Notes under the pieces: generated by a model
Told to the model about the DNA's origin: nothing
Seen by the model: the letters and a program-made list of their open reading frames with translations, nothing else
The model's database searches: none
Shown: piece by piece, positions 18,301 through 26,727 of the stretch
How the letters are laid out: the number at the start of each line of letters is the position of its first letter
Numbering within the stretch: the first letter of the stretch is position 1
Assembly (NCBI GenBank): GCA_030167865.1
Contig: JALAGF010002723.1
Span: 1-58,972, forward strand
Origin: Craspedostauros australis
Lineage: Eukaryota
Length of the DNA: 58,972 nucleotides
Direction: 5' to 3'
Program-made: the position numbers and the translations under genes

Positions 18301-20622
18301 GAAACTCCAACATCAACATCAATATTACCTCCAGCCACGGCTGCTGCGAGCCAAACAAAGACCTTGGCGGAAGCGCTGGGGTTGCCCTTGGTAAATCCAC
18401 TCGTCGTGGCACAAACAGATGTTCGTGTGACAGCACCTGCAATGCCAGCGCCTGCAACTAAATCACTTTCGACGGCCGTGGTCGAGAGACTGGCTAGAGG
18501 CAAGGGCGGTGCACACGATAGCATGGCACAGGCCACACCAAGAACGAAGAGCCTGGCGGAGGCGCTCGGCTTGCCCATCGATCAAGGTGATGTCGGCACA
18601 GTGAAGAAGACAGAGAAGGCCAATGCTACTGCGACTACTTCAAGATCTCTTTCAAGCGCAGTCGTGGACAGACTGGCCTCCAACACGGCTTCGACTGCAC
18701 AATCACCAGTCAGCGCGCCAGCCAACAGTCAGACGAAGACGCTTGCGGAGGCTCTTGGCCTGCCACTCGAGCAGCTTGTTGTGGAGAGTGATGAAGATAG
18801 CGAGAGTGACAGCGATAGCGAAAGCGACAGTGATGATAGCACCGACAGTGGTTATGAAGGTATCAACGACGCTTCTGACCAGGAAGAGGATGCTCCTGAT
18901 GTCACTGATATAGCCGACGCTACGACCGACGCCAACGTCAACGCTACTGACAAGGATGATAGCACTGGCATTGGCGCAGTCCGAGATCCCGAAGACGTGG
19001 CATCCAAACCAAGCGATGGTATCGTTTCAGATAGTGCCACAATCGAAGATGCCGTCGCGGCTTCGACGGTTGATCCTCCTGGGGCCGTCACGAGAAGATT
19101 CAGTTCGCCTGTCTTCACGAAGAAGAAGCTCAGGATCCCAGCGATCCGACGGGAGCCGTCCGAGATTCATGACTCTACTGATGTGCACGACAACGGGAAC
19201 GCCGAGGACCCTGTTGCTTTGCTGGCAGCAGAGCTTCTGAGTCCACCCGAAGACGACACTGCGGCACCGGCGGAAGCCACCGAACCGCGCCCAGAGCCGA
19301 AGTCTTTGGCTGAAGTCGTCCTTTCAAGTGTTGCTGCACAGAAGAAGCATCCAGAAGCTGCAGGCAGCAACCTAGGTGGCCACACTCTGGCCCGGGCTCT
19401 CGGCCTGCCAGATCCAACAAGGGATGCTTCAGACGCAGCAGATCTCAGTTCCAGTGTGATTGAAGACGCCAATATCAAGGCCCGAGGTGGTATTGGAAGC
19501 ATCGCCGACGATGCTGTCAGTGATACGAGCGGCGAGGACGACGAAGGCAGGAGCGAGAGCGATTCCTCGTCATACAGCGACGAGTCCGACATGCCCATCA
19601 TCTACGCCAGACCCAAGACCGCCGATGGCAAGCCCCAAACTCTTGCCGAAGCGCTTGGCGTGAAGACAGAAATGGCATCCGAAAAGCAGATGCTGCAGAT
19701 TGAGGTGGACTTGCTGAAGAAGGAAGTCAAGGATGTCATTGGCAATGTTTCCACCATGAAGGAAGAGCTGGTGGCGTCAGTCGAGAAGAAGGAAGAGGAG
19801 TTGATGACGTCAAAGGAATCGCACGCAACGGTCTCGCGAGAGCTTGGTGCGATGGAAGGCAACGCAACGAGCCTCAGGAAGCAGAGAAACACGTTCATCG
19901 CGCTCGCGATGATCATCCTCGCAGCCGCATCCGCAATCTACTTCGGCGGTTTCGGTGCCGGTTTCCTCGGCTCATTCAAGACCGACGAAGTCGTGTTGGC
20001 GCCCTCTGATGGAATGGCGGCGTATGATCCAGCCGTGGCCAGACAGGTCGCACTCCGTCAGCGAATGGCGGCGTCCGCACGGCGCAGGAATATGGTGAAG
20101 AAGATGTCGGTCGCCACGGAGGCGCAGGGGTGTACTCGTGTGGCCCCAAGCGAACCAGCCATCGCCGTGCACGAAATTGCCGACAAGGCGTCGCCAGTTC
20201 AGGATGATGGAGCCGACAACCCGATTGCTTCGTCGCAAGGCCCTGGATTGGAGAAGATTAGCCTTGTCCAAGACGACGAGGAGAAGTCAGACGCAGATGC
20301 TGTGCCCAAGGCTGTCGAAGGCTCTGCCGACGAAGATAACCAGGCAGAGGAAGAGAAGGAGGAGGAACCAGATGCAACCGCTGTCGATCGCGAGCTGCAG
20401 CCACAGCCACAACACGTGGTTAACTTCCAGGCCCTTAAAAACGGCCGACAGAGCTTCATGAAGAAAATCACAAGGAGCCTGCCCAGGAGTCTGTCCAAGA
20501 ACCTGCCCAAGAAGCTGGGAAGGCAAATCGTCGCTGAGGTGAGGAAAACGTTGGCCGACAAGCCAATGGAGAAGCTTCAGGCTCTGGTGGAGAAGGAGAT
20601 CGAGGAGGGACTTTGGATGTAG
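9358..20622 (+). CDS. Giant (~3750 aa) intronless low-complexity repeat protein with a central coiled coil and a single C-terminal-region TM helix; function unknown
   Basis: Uninterrupted 11.2-kb ORF. More than 30 LAxALG motifs whose codons vary synonymously, which indicates selection at the protein level. Heptad-rich segment at ~14930-15630. Hydrophobic FIALAMIILAAASAIYFGGFGAGFLG at ~19894-19970. Start could be 9358, 9385 or a later Met. Confidence 0.85.
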   Translation: MAFCSQNRGMKAVSKLTQAGSLSPHNRQYHEGMEDMEGMEGMEGEESSSGSDGDSYTGSSDTGTSDSSSGYSNTVSSLEEHMSPQKRRDMMEQALNAYDKANTKAKRAKNARSASTMTSRIPTGEASHGTSHAHTFAHDQPQYKSKIPQPAHATSSRAISSSSPVKTKPRAIPQQQHSVPWDVQGKSLAEVVLERMEESTPQPSEDEGELQSQQQQLQAQPPNPTRSAPQQKSRGEQGNGGGVRLTSSRDAEQLSADARKPPSNQQPQSSAKAPHKGILTSRTADMPSVRSSPAETAASLSISQRSSGDPSSAAAAAAAGSKGMTTNRSKVKAIKAAEKDLGMDVQYLADALGVPASFFGVGVSKHGRGANISSSAPASVAGSVSASPPSQRPPSSAAPNATPSTPAAAAAPQPSSPAQAGAQQNHEPVKTLTLAEALGVPLEKPSASEGRATVATPGRTPPKQTLARRGSMAAALGVTDQINRIRAQNKKKQMPPPSAVASSSSSSGTDSDSDSESESTEYAELNTNLQAQQYQRRNRSLSTSSHTERSADGSYQSRSSAATARRAQPRSAERPAISASNSSKTNTKASRPQGGGAAAAAAASRPKQGKENDMDIDYLAAALGVPTSFFDLSGKATSKGGRGRPGQQQQQQQPPRQEPSRRPAPAAQTAGPRGQGATTASPGAMPNNQAARRPVPPTAGRGIATASQAPVKTLSLAEALGIPLEKPTTEQQQPVSRNPQRRVPAARQTAQQQQPQTAAPKKSLFQQVIKHAAESEDDESVSDSESSADMGDASSSMPAPILAQNGSLAAALGMGIDPSSRAAPIRQTASPIRPRKPVVAAVKRTSHLSPNKAGGKSLFSTIMQRAENDGTQSSTNANATSQVAAPQVGSLAAALGMSVDPSAKAAPIRQNGAASNNNNNKSLMDVVMGNIADSASDSDSDSESDFESYVDSMMNKATGTTATSVKPQLGSLAAALGMSVDPSPRAEPIKQKSGTSKSKTKKSLFDGMLAKIGDDGHGQSGNKTQASASQPQYGSLAAALGMKVDTSPKASPIKQAKPSAQTRKPASSFDRPQSGSLAAALGMQVDTSSRAAPIKQAKQPTSTGPGAKKSLMEMVMQRVADSDDSESSYSDDSDDYTSGTTSRSVAGVSAQHGSLAAALGMSIDPSSTAAPIRTADNKSAGPSSSTKAQYDTKTLVSSVLQRISESHEEDEDTGSDSESSADMGDASSSMPAPILAQNGSLAAALGMGIDPSSRAAPIRQTASPIRPRKPVVAAVKRTSHLSPNKAGGKSLFSTIMQRAENDGTQSSTNANATSQVAAPQVGSLAAALGMSVDPSAKAAPIRQNGAASNNNNKSLMDVVMGNIVDSASDSESDSDSESDFESYVDSMMNKATGTTATSVKPQLGSLAAALGMSVDPSPRAEPIKQKSDTSKPKTKKSLFDGMLAKMGDDDDAQSGNKTQASASQPQYGSLAAALGMKVDTSPKAAPIKQSSAVTKTAPMSPKRSLMATVMQRVADSDDSDGSDSDFSERNGDVGTSGVNAQHGSLAAALGMKVDPSSTAPAVRQEPAGPDGFDSNESESEQEEKMEDQSLLECMLPLGDVMKMRVTSAAQPSSGGAPPGMRKSSSTAKLGSLVSALGAPVGRERVDMDAGSSHDRAGNRRSSPTAPSSSSSSAPKRDASSPKTPELSQRKQHQQQQAPPEEQRRAQPRGKESAQTTNRGVPAAQDPADLDIDYLAQALGVPASFFASGKSGSSPKPARAKQQPSSQQAGGSSKQSTRDLKEPTHDDDKLAGQNPMATVDRNGTFSSSATATTRDGTLPPELSVVTRAQDGSPSGTGGSPTRTVGSYLTNETESKVSVMDSFYEHVAEVRSEMTDLISEISQTKLDMSGVRKEINVLENRIKTLETVSTKSDEDNAEDVAAMRESEQTLKTALMESEAKTAGVNKYSQTLEEQLFANSKNYSDRLTSLHQQLATFEHQISEKSSKIKRLESDIDSEQRVKKAISEKWIQTEAKLENVCSELQQSRELLQKEYEDVKKLKQGLLEDRETLNTRMQSNVKPVPMESHTSDILRNMESNLRREGERRKSIAARLKGRSGAGGSAASSPSSPVARDLVRPANGVVVAPVMVDAMHHPTSPSATQFRGDVYLPALERSRGAPVPQQKPRGKDSSSSSVPGKSLGGAVFTKLATSDAQFAASSAPPVQTRTLAEALGLPLEKPTAGDNNDTPTTPAMPTKTASSTKPSVGAKSLSNVVVQRLAAGQSNATRAQPQTKTLAEALGMSLEEPPIVAEKSEQQVEPSSKSLSNAVVQRLTNPAAMSASPAPKTTAQTQTLAEALGLTVQEPATASRDVPNQTATPAESARSLSTTVVQRLSHGRNEIPRAAAQTKTLAEALGLPLEKADDAPEAPASQGGSASRSLSNAVVQNLVTSDGGGMKVAATAATGGQTTKTLAEALGLPLEKPEVRSTNAGSEAAPASATMAAPAGRPKSLSTAVVQRMSTAEGDQTALSVPKTRTLAEALGLPLENPDALEQNTTKQMATTNPKSLSDAVVKRLNSRTPTVSAATMPSNSGERNATPTKTLTLAEALGLPLERPVQDQDREVMPAPKPDKSLSNAVTQRLANGTAATPAAPAGKTLTLAEALGLPLEKPQVSSVGSGSGPTTMPAQRTANTPTSMPLSAIVIDNMASGQGRSIQAAPQTRTLAEALGMPLEKPSGVAAATAAATRATPPRSITRKGQMSPKSLSTAVVQRLAGGAAAAAPTNQPRTLAEALGLPMASSPAVHGSEKDQVNLAPSSSKSLSNAVVQKLAEGESAGRATPQTRTLAEALGLPLEKTGPPPKTTAPMDGNSRSLSSAVAQRLADGTPAATTAATSGLPSNKTLTLAEALGLPLEKPFVAANDGRERSMPVAKPTSHDTAGPASLSNVVMRRLADGQLSPRKTSTQTRTLAEALGLPLEKPDGTTASGKTEKPSAAKSLSNAVVQRLAETPTSTSILPPATAAASQTKTLAEALGLPLVNPLVVAQTDVRVTAPAMPAPATKSLSTAVVERLARGKGGAHDSMAQATPRTKSLAEALGLPIDQGDVGTVKKTEKANATATTSRSLSSAVVDRLASNTASTAQSPVSAPANSQTKTLAEALGLPLEQLVVESDEDSESDSDSESDSDDSTDSGYEGINDASDQEEDAPDVTDIADATTDANVNATDKDDSTGIGAVRDPEDVASKPSDGIVSDSATIEDAVAASTVDPPGAVTRRFSSPVFTKKKLRIPAIRREPSEIHDSTDVHDNGNAEDPVALLAAELLSPPEDDTAAPAEATEPRPEPKSLAEVVLSSVAAQKKHPEAAGSNLGGHTLARALGLPDPTRDASDAADLSSSVIEDANIKARGGIGSIADDAVSDTSGEDDEGRSESDSSSYSDESDMPIIYARPKTADGKPQTLAEALGVKTEMASEKQMLQIEVDLLKKEVKDVIGNVSTMKEELVASVEKKEEELMTSKESHATVSRELGAMEGNATSLRKQRNTFIALAMIILAAASAIYFGGFGAGFLGSFKTDEVVLAPSDGMAAYDPAVARQVALRQRMAASARRRNMVKKMSVATEAQGCTRVAPSEPAIAVHEIADKASPVQDDGADNPIASSQGPGLEKISLVQDDEEKSDADAVPKAVEGSADEDNQAEEEKEEEPDATAVDRELQPQPQHVVNFQALKNGRQSFMKKITRSLPRSLSKNLPKKLGRQIVAEVRKTLADKPMEKLQALVEKEIEEGLWM
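11701..13808 (+). repeat. Intragenic direct repeat of ~806 bp: copy 1 at 11701-12506, copy 2 at 13000-13808
   Basis: Both copies begin tccgactccgaatccagtgccgacatgggtgacgcatcc and end atgaaggttgacacctcccccaaggc. They differ by scattered substitutions and in-frame indels (one fewer aac, one extra SE dipeptide). Confidence 0.95.
15880..18780 (+). repeat. Array of 16 degenerate ~60-aa protein repeats, each KSLSxAVVQRLA-linker-TxTLAEALGLPLEKP
   Basis: 16 LAEALG motifs counted from ~15961 to ~18733, each preceded by one SLSxxVVxRL-type motif. Confidence 0.9.
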
Positions 20623-21267
20623 ATCGTGACGCGGTACACATTACATAGTGCGTGAATGGGGGGCTTTGGGTACTGTCCGAGAACTACTGGCAGCACAACA
20701 GCAGCGACTGTGGCGACGTTCGGACAAGTACCATGCAAAAGCAGTAGGCATGAATGGAAGTGACATCATGAAAGGGGATTCAATGTAAAGTAGACAATGC
20801 ATACTTAGCACACAAGCACATACACAGTGGTGCCTGCGAGCATATCGGCACTAAAGTAGAGTACTCGTACGGTCGGGCAATCACAAGATGGTACTACTAT
20901 GGTAGGTATTGCCCAAGCGGCAGTGGCGTAATTGCATGGTATGTCCCGTGTGTTGGGAGAAAAGGACGAGCCCTCCTGTTCGCGTGTTGCATCTTCGCCT
21001 GGTAAAGGCTCATAAACGACGCAAACAGCCATAAGGCGCAGCGCGCATAAAGGACAGGGTCGCGATCTACAAACGCCGAGACAGAAACGGAATAGAGTAA
21101 AGCATTCGACTAATCTCGCATGCTCATAATTCGTGATATCTCCATTCGTTCATTCTGTTCATGGCACCGCTGTATGACCAGGGCTGGCTACCTCACATCC
21201 GTCTTTGCAAAGGGGTTGAGTTGGAAGGCATGCTGCGCACACCATGATGATGGCGCGGTGTTGGTGC

Positions 21268-24027
21268 TTAGTATCGCAGCCAGTGTGTGTGGCGGCGGAA
21301 CCAGGTGTAGTCTGGCAGCTCGTGGATTCCTCCCACGGCAGCGATGGCGAGGTCCTGGTCGTTGAAGAATTTGGATGCCGTTGCACGGACGTCGGCGGTG
21401 CTGACCGCGTCGATGCGGGAGAAGATCTCGGCTGGTGTCATGCGGCGTCCGTAGTTGAGGAGCGATCGGCCGATGTCCTCGGCGACGTTGTTGTTTCCGT
21501 CAAGGCTCATGAGCATGGTGGCCTTGAGGCTGACCTTGGCGCGGTCGACCTCGGCATCGGAGACCTCGTGGACCATGCGGACGAGGTTGTTCATGACGTA
21601 CCACATGGTGTCATCGACCTTGTTGTCCGGGGTGACGGCGTAGACTCCGAAGAGACCGGTGTCCTTGTAGCAGGTGTTGAATGTGTTGACGGAGAGGGCG
21701 AGCTCGTTCTCAGCGATGTCCTGGCAGAGCTGCGAGGCGTGGTTCTTGCCCAATCCGTGGGCGCGGTCGTAAGATCCCAAGATGTTCTGCATGAGCATGA
21801 GCGGGAAGGCGAATTCAGACGTCCAGGAAGCGGTTGGGAAGGCAACTGCCATGTGGGCGGTGTCGTCAGAGTTGAACTTCACGCTGGAGTTTTGAAGACG
21901 AAGATGACGAGCGGAGGATGTGCGGTGAGAGTGAGCAGATAGAACGGACGAGAGGGAGACCAAACAGGGATTGAGAAGCGGAAGAGGCGAAGCGATGCTT
22001 GAGTGAGCGGGTGGTGGGGTTGATGCGTCAAGGATTCCTGTTGCTGCGCAATTGCAAACCAAGAACATGTGTGAGCGTGCACTTACCGGTAGTCACCTCC
22101 GGTGAAGACGGCTGGCTCCATGGCGACTTCAACGCCGTCCTTGGGGGCGGATGGGAGGCCACCGAAGTGCTGATCGGCCAAGGTGCAGAGCTCCTCGTGG
22201 TTGACGGCTCCGGCTCCAGCGACGACCATTCGTGGAGCGGTGTACTGCGTGTTGACGTAGTTGACGAGGTCATCGCGGCTGAGACTGAGGATGTTCTCCT
22301 CCGAACCCAGGATGGTGCGTCCGAGGGAGGTTCCCTGGAAGGCGGTGCTGTGGAGGTGATCGAGCACGAGCTCCTCCTGATTCTTGTTGACCTCGGACAT
22401 TTCTCGCAGGATGACATCGCGCTCACGCTCAATGGCTTGCTCGTCGAGGGTGGAGTTGAGGAGGATGTCGGAGATGATCTCGACGGCCTTTCCGACGTCC
22501 TGCTTGAAGACCTTGGCGAAGTAGGCGGTCTGCTCGCGGGATGTGTAGGCGTTCAAGTGGCCACCCATGTTCTCGATCTCAAGCTCGAGCTGCTGCTGGG
22601 TGCGCTTGGAGGTTCCCTTGAAGGCCATGTGCTCCAGGAAGTGGGAGGTTCCGTTGTTGGCGGCGCTCTCGTAACGGGATCCAGCGGAGATCCAGACGCC
22701 GATGGTGGCGGTCTCGGCCCCGGCGACGGTCTCACTTCCGACGCGCAGGCCATTGCCGAGGGTTGTGACGTCCGTGGTTGGTGCACGGAGGACGTAGTCT
22801 GGGAAGGCCTCCGAAGTGGTGGCGGCGACAGCCGAAAGTGCACGGCTTGGCTGACTCTTGGCAGAGTGTGCCAAGAACTGTTGGCATTGTTTGTGTATGC
22901 GTGCGAAAGTTGAGATTGAGATTGCAGAGGGTGAGATGTGACAGGTCTTGAACACTTAACATTTTGCGATCGACGCTTGACGTTTGACTCTGCGGCAGGG
23001 CTGTTTCATCCGTTTCCAACAGGTAGAGTCTGGGCAGGCGGTTTATCCGCCTGTAGATTTGGATTCGATTCAGCTGAAGATGTGGTGGCGAGGGTGGGAG
23101 TGGATTGGATCTTTGCAGTTTGATCAGACCAAATGGAAGCTTGTTGTTGATCTACATCATAGGCATTGGCCTCTGGCTGCCAAGGCCTTGTCCAGGGTAT
23201 GGTTGCTTGGTTCAGCATCGTGGACAACTGAGAAGGTACGTATTGCCATCTATGTGTCCACACAGTTGCAGGTTGCGCCAGGTGGCACAATTTAGCATGG
23301 CATACTCGTAGTCTGATGCGTGTGATCCAACTCAACCCTCCTCTTTGTCCGCAGAGGCAGATGGAGAGGCCACCCCACTTCTGCTCAAGGGAAGAATCCA
23401 CCAACGACCATTGGCGTTTTGGAAGACATGTCCATCAATCACTGTGGACTTCGTTATGTGCGAGCTTTTGTGCTGTCGCCTCGCCTATCTCCAACTTGAT
23501 GGCAGCTTGGCGGAGCATTTAGTCTCGGAAATCCTCATGCTTTGTTATCTGCCATCGGTTCCATCGACATCGCATGTGATGGCACAGCACTGCTCTGATG
23601 GATGGAGGCTAGCAGATGGCTTGTAACCATGAATTGAACATATGACCATCATCCCGACCCAGAAAGCGTTCCTCGTGTGCTTTTTGGCTGTGCATTGGTC
23701 GGTTGGTTGGTTGTGACTGTTGACCTCCTGAGATCCACCACTTGCCACCGCCTCCATGGTCTGATCATGTCCCTGGCTCGCTGATGAATGATCATCTCGC
23801 GTGATTCATGCGTTCCTGCGCCGCTCTGGGCTGCATTGCATTGCATCCAACCACGTAACCAAACCACCCAGATCACCGAATCCGAATCCAACACTACCGC
23901 AAGCCAAAGCAGGCGATCAATCGACAGCTGCTCCATTTCCACGCTCACATGAAGGTGAACGGCCGCATCAAAACCTTGCTGCCTTCGCTCCTTCTCTTAC
24001 CTTGGAGATCGCGCTGCGAGAGGCCAT
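21268..24027 (-). CDS. PMPCB: Mitochondrial processing peptidase beta subunit (M16B); exons 24027-24001, 22877-22087, 21883-21268, ~477 aa
   Basis: HFLEH zinc motif, [46 protein letters not shown]. Exon 1 [15 protein letters not shown] splices in phase 0 to [18 protein letters not shown], giving a mitochondrial presequence. The second intron CG|GTAAGT...CAG|C restores the frame. Confidence 0.92.
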
Positions 24028-24631
24028 GGTTCCGTCTCAAGTTACTCTTCAGTTGTTTCGCTGTTGGTGGAGGCACTGTTGTTCACACAGAGGCCGAACT
24101 GGAGAGATGTTGCTCTGGGTGAGGCTGTCCGCAGCGATGGTGGCTCCTGCGGTTGCGTTTGGGTGCGCTCGTTGCCGATACCCTCCACGGCGACTCGCGT
24201 TGCTGTTGCTGTCCATCGCGAAACGGCGCGTCGCCTTCGTGTTTGCGCTGAAGGATCGCGGCACAACGTGCGATAAAACTAACCAAATGACCGGACGCAT
24301 AGCAGACGCTTCAATCGATACCCGATTTGACGTCATTGTCCATTGTCGCACAGATGAGTCACGATCATGATTCGGATTTGTTCACGTTTGATGGCGACAA
24401 ACAAGACTCATCAAAGCACCAAACCCAAAAACCAAACGAAGACCGGAACAACACAAACACACCGGTATCATCACCTGTCGCGATGGGCTGCGTCCGCATG
24501 TTCCTGTCTTCACACCAACACCCCAGTGCCAATACTCATAGATCGTACCGAAGCCAGACCCGCAGTGCTTATCAAAGGACTCCGCTGCCACTGCACTGTG
24601 AAGGAACAAGCAAGCGCTTGAGGTTGCGAGA

Positions 24632-26164
24632 ATGTCGGGAAGTTCGGAGACGCTGAGGCGATGGGCATCGAAGGGGGCTTTGGCCCAGGTGGTGCTCAGC
24701 GCGGATGGGATGCAGCTGTCCTGGAATGGGGAGACCATCTCCGGGACGAACGCGGACAAGGTGCAGATCCATCTCAATGGCAAGTCCTGCGAGTACACGC
24801 TGGCCAGCATCTTCCTGCAGATCATCAACCCCAACCAGAGTCTCGTGACGTACAGAAAGGCCTGCAAGCAGCATCAGGTCAAGGATCCAGTCAAGCCGTT
24901 GGAGAAGCCCACGATCATTGGTTACTTTCTGGGATCCTCCGCTTCGGCGCCATCGCAACCACCCGCCGCAGAACCGAACCAGGAGGCCCGGCCGCCCAAA
25001 CCCTCCTCAAAGCCATCATCATCTTCGGATCCAGCCAGACGATCGGACTCCAAATCGCGTTCCTCGAGTGACAAGCACCACCACCGCGGACGTGATCAGG
25101 ATCGTGACCGCGAGAGGAGCCGATCGCATCACAAGCACGACAAACGCCATCACAAGAAGGACAAGCACCGTGATGGAAAGCGCCGCCATACCTCGTCGTC
25201 GGGGCGCGGTGACGATGCCCCTTCCTCGGGCAAGAAGAAGCACAAGACCATCGACAATGCCAAGCTCATGACCAACCTCAGCACCGTCGTGGACAAGCGC
25301 GCACAGGCATCCACGAAGGACGGCGTCTCCGAGGCGCAGAGGAAGGATCGCGAGAAGCTGCATGCCAGTCTGTCCTGCGAAGGTTTCGGTGTCACGCCTG
25401 ATATGCTGCAGCAACATCGAGAGAAGACGACGCAGATGATGGCCTGGGAGATTCCCGTGGGGAACTCCGCCTCGATCCTTCAGGCAGCGCCAGGCAAGGA
25501 TCTCACGCGCATCCTGCAAATGTACCTGGAGACCATCAACCCGCCACCCAAGCGCAAGGGCGGATCGTCGCGATCATCGCACGGTCGCGGTGGCGACGAC
25601 TCGGGCCGATCCGGGTTCCGCCAGCACCTCGTGGGCAAAAAGCCCATCATCGTCCTGCCCAAGGGTATGACCGCACCGCTCACCATCATCAACGCCCACG
25701 AATTCTTCGGCAAACGCCGATTCGTCCCGCGCGACGTCATGCTGAAGCAGGGTGGCCGCAACAAGGGCAACCTCGTCACCAGCTTCCAACGCAAGGTCAA
25801 CGCGCGGTTGGGTGGCGGCACGCTGGAGTACGAGCTCATCGACAATCCCAAGCAGCGTCTCAAATCCTCCAAGGACTGGGACCGCGTCGTCGCCGTCGTG
25901 GCTTTGGGCGCCTCGTGGCAGTTCAAGGACTGGCCCGGCATCTACTCCAACCCCGTCCATCTCTTCGGCCGCGCTTTCGGTTTTTACGTCGGCATGGAGG
26001 GTACCAAGATTCCCAAGGATCTGGCGGCGTGGGCTGTCACGCGGTGCGTCCTGAGTCGTGACAAGCGTGGGTTGGATTCCGTTTCGTACGCATCCTTCTG
26101 GAATGGGGTCGATGAATTCATGTCGATCCATAAACCGGAGATGCTGCCGCAAGATGGTCCATAA
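24632..26164 (+). CDS. CDC73: PAF1 complex subunit CDC73/parafibromin
   Basis: N-terminal YTLASIFL...YRKACKQHQV. C-terminal Ras-like domain motifs KPIIVLP...LTIINAHEFF and DWDRVVAVVALGASWQFKDWP. Confidence 0.88.
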   Translation: MSGSSETLRRWASKGALAQVVLSADGMQLSWNGETISGTNADKVQIHLNGKSCEYTLASIFLQIINPNQSLVTYRKACKQHQVKDPVKPLEKPTIIGYFLGSSASAPSQPPAAEPNQEARPPKPSSKPSSSSDPARRSDSKSRSSSDKHHHRGRDQDRDRERSRSHHKHDKRHHKKDKHRDGKRRHTSSSGRGDDAPSSGKKKHKTIDNAKLMTNLSTVVDKRAQASTKDGVSEAQRKDREKLHASLSCEGFGVTPDMLQQHREKTTQMMAWEIPVGNSASILQAAPGKDLTRILQMYLETINPPPKRKGGSSRSSHGRGGDDSGRSGFRQHLVGKKPIIVLPKGMTAPLTIINAHEFFGKRRFVPRDVMLKQGGRNKGNLVTSFQRKVNARLGGGTLEYELIDNPKQRLKSSKDWDRVVAVVALGASWQFKDWPGIYSNPVHLFGRAFGFYVGMEGTKIPKDLAAWAVTRCVLSRDKRGLDSVSYASFWNGVDEFMSIHKPEMLPQDGP

Positions 26165-26727
26165 ACTGCGCTATCTGTTAGAGTGATTGGGTAATGCGTG
26201 TTCATACAAGTATCATTTGTTGCCTGTGACGATTATCGGCACGTCATGGTTTCATGAGAATGCTTTGGAGTAATAGAGTGTATGCTACGGATGCACGCAG
26301 TGGTGCAGGGGGCGTATTGTAGTCGTGTGGCATGGAAATGTTCCGTGGTGGCACCAAGTGGGAGGTACGAACTGGCCCTGGAGGAATCCTCGTTTGGAAA
26401 GGACGTGGTATCTTGCTGAATGCAAACTGCAAACTAGGGAAGGACCAGAGTAATCGATGGAGGGACAGTGTGTGCACCACACAACTTCACTCAATGCTGT
26501 GCAACAAACACAAATGAACAGAGGAGTCTGTACGATGCATTGCGCAAATAATTGAAATCCATTCAACTGGACCGATCTACGTTGCTGGTTGGCGCTGAGC
26601 ATGTGTTGGTCGTAAAAATACTCTGCTCTACTAGAAGAAAAGTCGAGCAAAGCTTACCTGCCACCTTGTGGCATGGATGGAAGAGAAGGAGATGGCTCTA
26701 TGATACTCTGCCATGAATACTCGTCGT

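Noticed and set aside
22878-22962. Alternative MPP-beta start ATG TTA AGT at 22962 with a 76-nt intron
   Set aside because: The donor (GTTCAA) is weak; the exon at 24027-24001 has a canonical GTAAGA donor and gives a better presequence.
23070-23160. Possible C/D box snoRNA in the MPP-beta first intron (minus strand ATGATGT...CTGA...CTGA)
   Set aside because: The C box is imperfect, there is no terminal stem and I recognise no rRNA-complementary guide.
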